Below, piece after piece: positions 60,740-64,000 of a stretch of 64,000 nucleotides of DNA (position 1 is the stretch's first letter; the number at the start of each line of letters is the position of its first letter). This DNA is from Chiloscyllium plagiosum (Eukaryota): positions 2,703,187 to 2,767,186 of the forward strand of contig NC_057759.1 of the NCBI RefSeq assembly GCF_004010195.1. The letters run 5' to 3'. The position numbers and the translations under genes are program-made. The notes under the pieces were generated by a model. The model saw only the letters and a list, made by a program, of their open reading frames with translations. It ran no database searches and had not been told where the DNA came from.

Positions 60740-63700
60740 TGAAGAACAACTACTCATGCATCTGTCCAGAAGCATCACAAATGAATCTACCGTGCCTGCC
60801 TCCACAACCTCTGCTGGGAACGCGTTCCAGGCATCTACCACCCTCTGTGTAAAGATCTTGCTGTGTGTATCCCAGTTAAACTTTTCACCTCTCACCTTGA
60901 AAGCTATCTCTCTCTACCCTGTCTATACCCTTCATGATTTTGTCGACTTCAATCAGGTTCCCCCCTCAATCTCCTTTTTTCTAATGAAAACAGACCTAAC
61001 CTAATCAACCTCTCTTCATAGCTATAACCTTCCAATCCAGGCAACAACCTCGTAAACCTTCTCTGCACCCTCTCCAAAGCGTCCACATCCTTTTGGTAAT
61101 GTTGCGACCAGTACTCTGCACAGCATTCTAAATGCAGCCGAAACAATGTCGTGTACAGTTTTACCTGCCAGCTCTTATACTCAATACCCTATCCGATGAA
61201 GGCAGACATACCATATGCCTTCTTGACCACTCCACCGACCTGTGCAGCAACATTCAGGGTACAATGGACCTGAACTCCCAGATCTCTCTGCTTATCAACC
61301 TTTCCCAAGGCTCTTCCAATTACTATATAATTTGCTCTAGAATTAGACTTCCCAAAATGCATCACCTCACATTTTCCTGGATTGAACTCCATCTGCCACT
61401 TCTCCACACAACTCTATAGTCTATCTATATTCTCCTGTATTCTTTGACAGTCCCCATGCTTTCTGCTACTCCATCAATCTTCATGTCATCTGCAAACTTG
61501 CTGATCATACGAACAGTGCCCACTTCCAGATCATTTATGTATCACAAACAACAGTGGCCCCTGCACTGATCCCTCTGGAACACCACTGGTCAGCTTTATC
61601 CATTTCGAGAAACTCCATTCAACTACTACTCTGTCTCCTGTTGCTCAACCAGTTCTTTATCCACCTAGCAAGAACACCCTGCACACTATGTGACTTCACT
61701 TTCTCTATTCGTTCATCAAATGCCTTACTAAAGTCCATGTATATGACATCTATAGCCCTTCCTTCATCTATTAACTCGGTCACTCCCTCAAAGAACTCTA
61801 TTAAGTTGGTAAGGCACGATCTCCCCCACACAAAACTATGTTGGATATCACTGATAAGCCCATTCTTTTCCAAACATAAATAGATTTTATCCCTCAGTAG
61901 CTTCTCCAGTACCTTTCCCACCACTGATGTCAGGGTTATTGGGCTGTAGTTACCTGGAATATCCCTTTTTGTACAGGGGACAATATGAGCAACCCTTCAG
62001 TCCTCCAGCACCTCACTTGTGTTTAAGGATGCTACAAAGATAGCTGTCAGGGCCCCAGCTATTTCCTCTCTCGCCTCCCTCAGCAGCCTGGGATAGATCC
62101 AATCCGGTCCTGGGGATTTGTCCACATTAATAACCTCTAGCTTACCCAACAGATCTTCCTCATTTATGTCAGCGTGATCCAGAGTTACCAAACTTCTGTC
62201 TCTAATCTCAACATTCATCATGTACCCCTCATCAGTGAACACTGATGCAAAGTAATCATTCAGAATCTCACCCATTCTCTCAGGTTCGACACACAGCCTT
62301 CCTTCATTATCCTTTAGTGGACCAATCCTTTCCCTAGTTACCCACTTGCTTCTTATATAAGAATTAAATGCTTTGGGATACTCCTTATTTCTGTTCGCTA
62401 TAGCTATTTCATGATCCCTTTTATCCCGCTTGATTCCTCGTTTAAGACTGGTCCCAGTCTCCCGATATTCCTCCAGGGCCTGTTCTTTTCTTAGCTGCCT
62501 GGACTTTCTATCCACTTCCCTTTTCATTTTGGCTAGTCATACGATTTCTCCTGTCATCCATGGTTCATGAATCTTGCCTTCCTATCCTTTGCTTTCAACG
62601 GGACATGCTTATCCTGCACTGTCTTTAACCTATCTTTGAAAGCCTCCCACATCTCAAATGTGGGCTTCTCTTCAAATAGCTGTGACCAATCCCCACTTCT
62701 CAACTCCTGCCTAATTTTGATATAATTGGCCTTGTCCAGTTTAGTAATCTTCCCTTAGGACCACTCTCATCTTTGTCTACGAGTATTCTAAAACTTACAG
62801 AATTGTGCTCACTATTCCCAAAGAAACCCCCCACAATGTAACTTCTCCCACCTGGCTCATTTCCCCAATACCAAGTCCAATATTGCCCCTTCCCTCGTCG
62901 GATTGTTGACATATTGCTCCAGAAAACTCTCCTGGATGCTTCTTAAAAATTCTGCCCCATCCATTTTGACCCAAAATGTATCCCAGTCAATGTTGGGAAA
63001 ATTAAAATCTCCCATCACTACCACTCTGTTGCCTTTACATCTTTCCATAATCTGTTTACCTATTTGTTCTTCTACCTCACGATAACTGTTGGGAGGCCTG
63101 TAATAAAGCCCCAACAATGTAACGGTACCCTTCTTATTTCTCAGCTCCACCCATAATGCCTCACTACTGCAGCCCTCCATAGTGTCCTCCTTTAGCACAG
63201 CAGTGATATTATCCCTGACCAGCAATGCAATTCCTCCCCGCCCCACCTCCCCCCCCCCAACTTTTTACTTCCCTCCCTGTCCTGTCTGAAGCATCTATAT
63301 CCTGGAACATTTAGTTGCCAATCATGCCCCTCCCTCAAACAAGTCTCTGTGATTGCAATAACACCATACTCCCAGGCACCAATCCAAGCCCGAAGTTCAT
63401 CTGCCTTACCCACTGTACTCCTTACATTGAAGTACATGCACTTCAGGCCACCAGTTCTTCTGCGTTCATCTGCTCTCTGCCTACTCTTCGCATTATTAAT
63501 GCTATCTTCATGATCCGTACAGTCTCCAGTTTCCACCTCGCTGTCTTCTCTTCTGGTTCCCTGCCCCCTGCCACATTAGTTTAAAACCTCCCCAACAGCA
63601 GTAGCAAAATCTCCCCTAAGGACATTAGTTCCAGTCTGGTTCAGATGTTGACCGTCCAATTTATAATAGTCCCACCTTCCCCAGAACCGGTCCACAATGT

Positions 63701-64000
63701 CCAACAAATCTAAACCCCGCCCTCCTACACCATCCCTCAAGCCATGTATTCATCTGCCTATTCTTTCATTTTCTACGTTGGCTAACAGTGACACTGGTAG
63801 TAATTCCGAGATCACTACTTCTGTGGTCCTCCTGTTTAACTTGACTCTTAGCTCCCTGAATTCTGCTTTCAGGACCTCATCTCGATTTTTACTTATATTG
63901 TTGGTACCTGTAAGCACCAAAACAACTGGCTGATCACCCTCCCCTTTTAGAATGCTCTGCAGCCGATCGGTGACATCCCTGACCCGAGGCAACATACCAT
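60740..64000 (-). mobile_element. Near full-length degenerate CR1 LINE (ORF1 esterase, APE, RT), continuing past the window end
   Basis: LPRVRDVTDRLQSILKGEGDQPVVLVLTGTNNI, KCMYFNVRSTVGKADELRAWI, VMGDFNFPNIDW, YMDFSKAFD and HLECCAEYWSQHY. Confidence 0.95.

Overview
Repeat-dense vertebrate genomic DNA, most likely from a shark or other cartilaginous fish. This is inferred from HE1/V-SINE-type SINEs, abundant CR1 LINEs and Penelope-like elements. There are four assembly gaps (16351-16850, 23408-24198, 46557-46578, 51381-51880). Most of the window is decayed CR1, L2/CR1-like, Rex1-like and Penelope retroelements plus SINEs. A 7.3-kb composite satellite (33-bp units interrupted by three copies of a ~590-bp spacer) produces all the very long ORFs in the track. 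The one convincing host gene is not visible in the ORF track because it is spliced: a two-exon beta-defensin-like gene on the minus strand (36150-36099 joined to 35294-35173; 57 aa; signal peptide plus C-x6-C-x4-C-x10-C-x5-CC). It has a TATA box, a polyA signal and an apparent GC-AG intron. Also present are a decayed C2H2 zinc-finger array, two housekeeping-type promoter motif clusters (~29.3 kb and ~60.1 kb), several hammerhead-ribozyme cores in Penelope termini, and an old duplicated segment (17-19.5 kb versus 54-59.7 kb). Repeat boundaries were judged by eye and are approximate.
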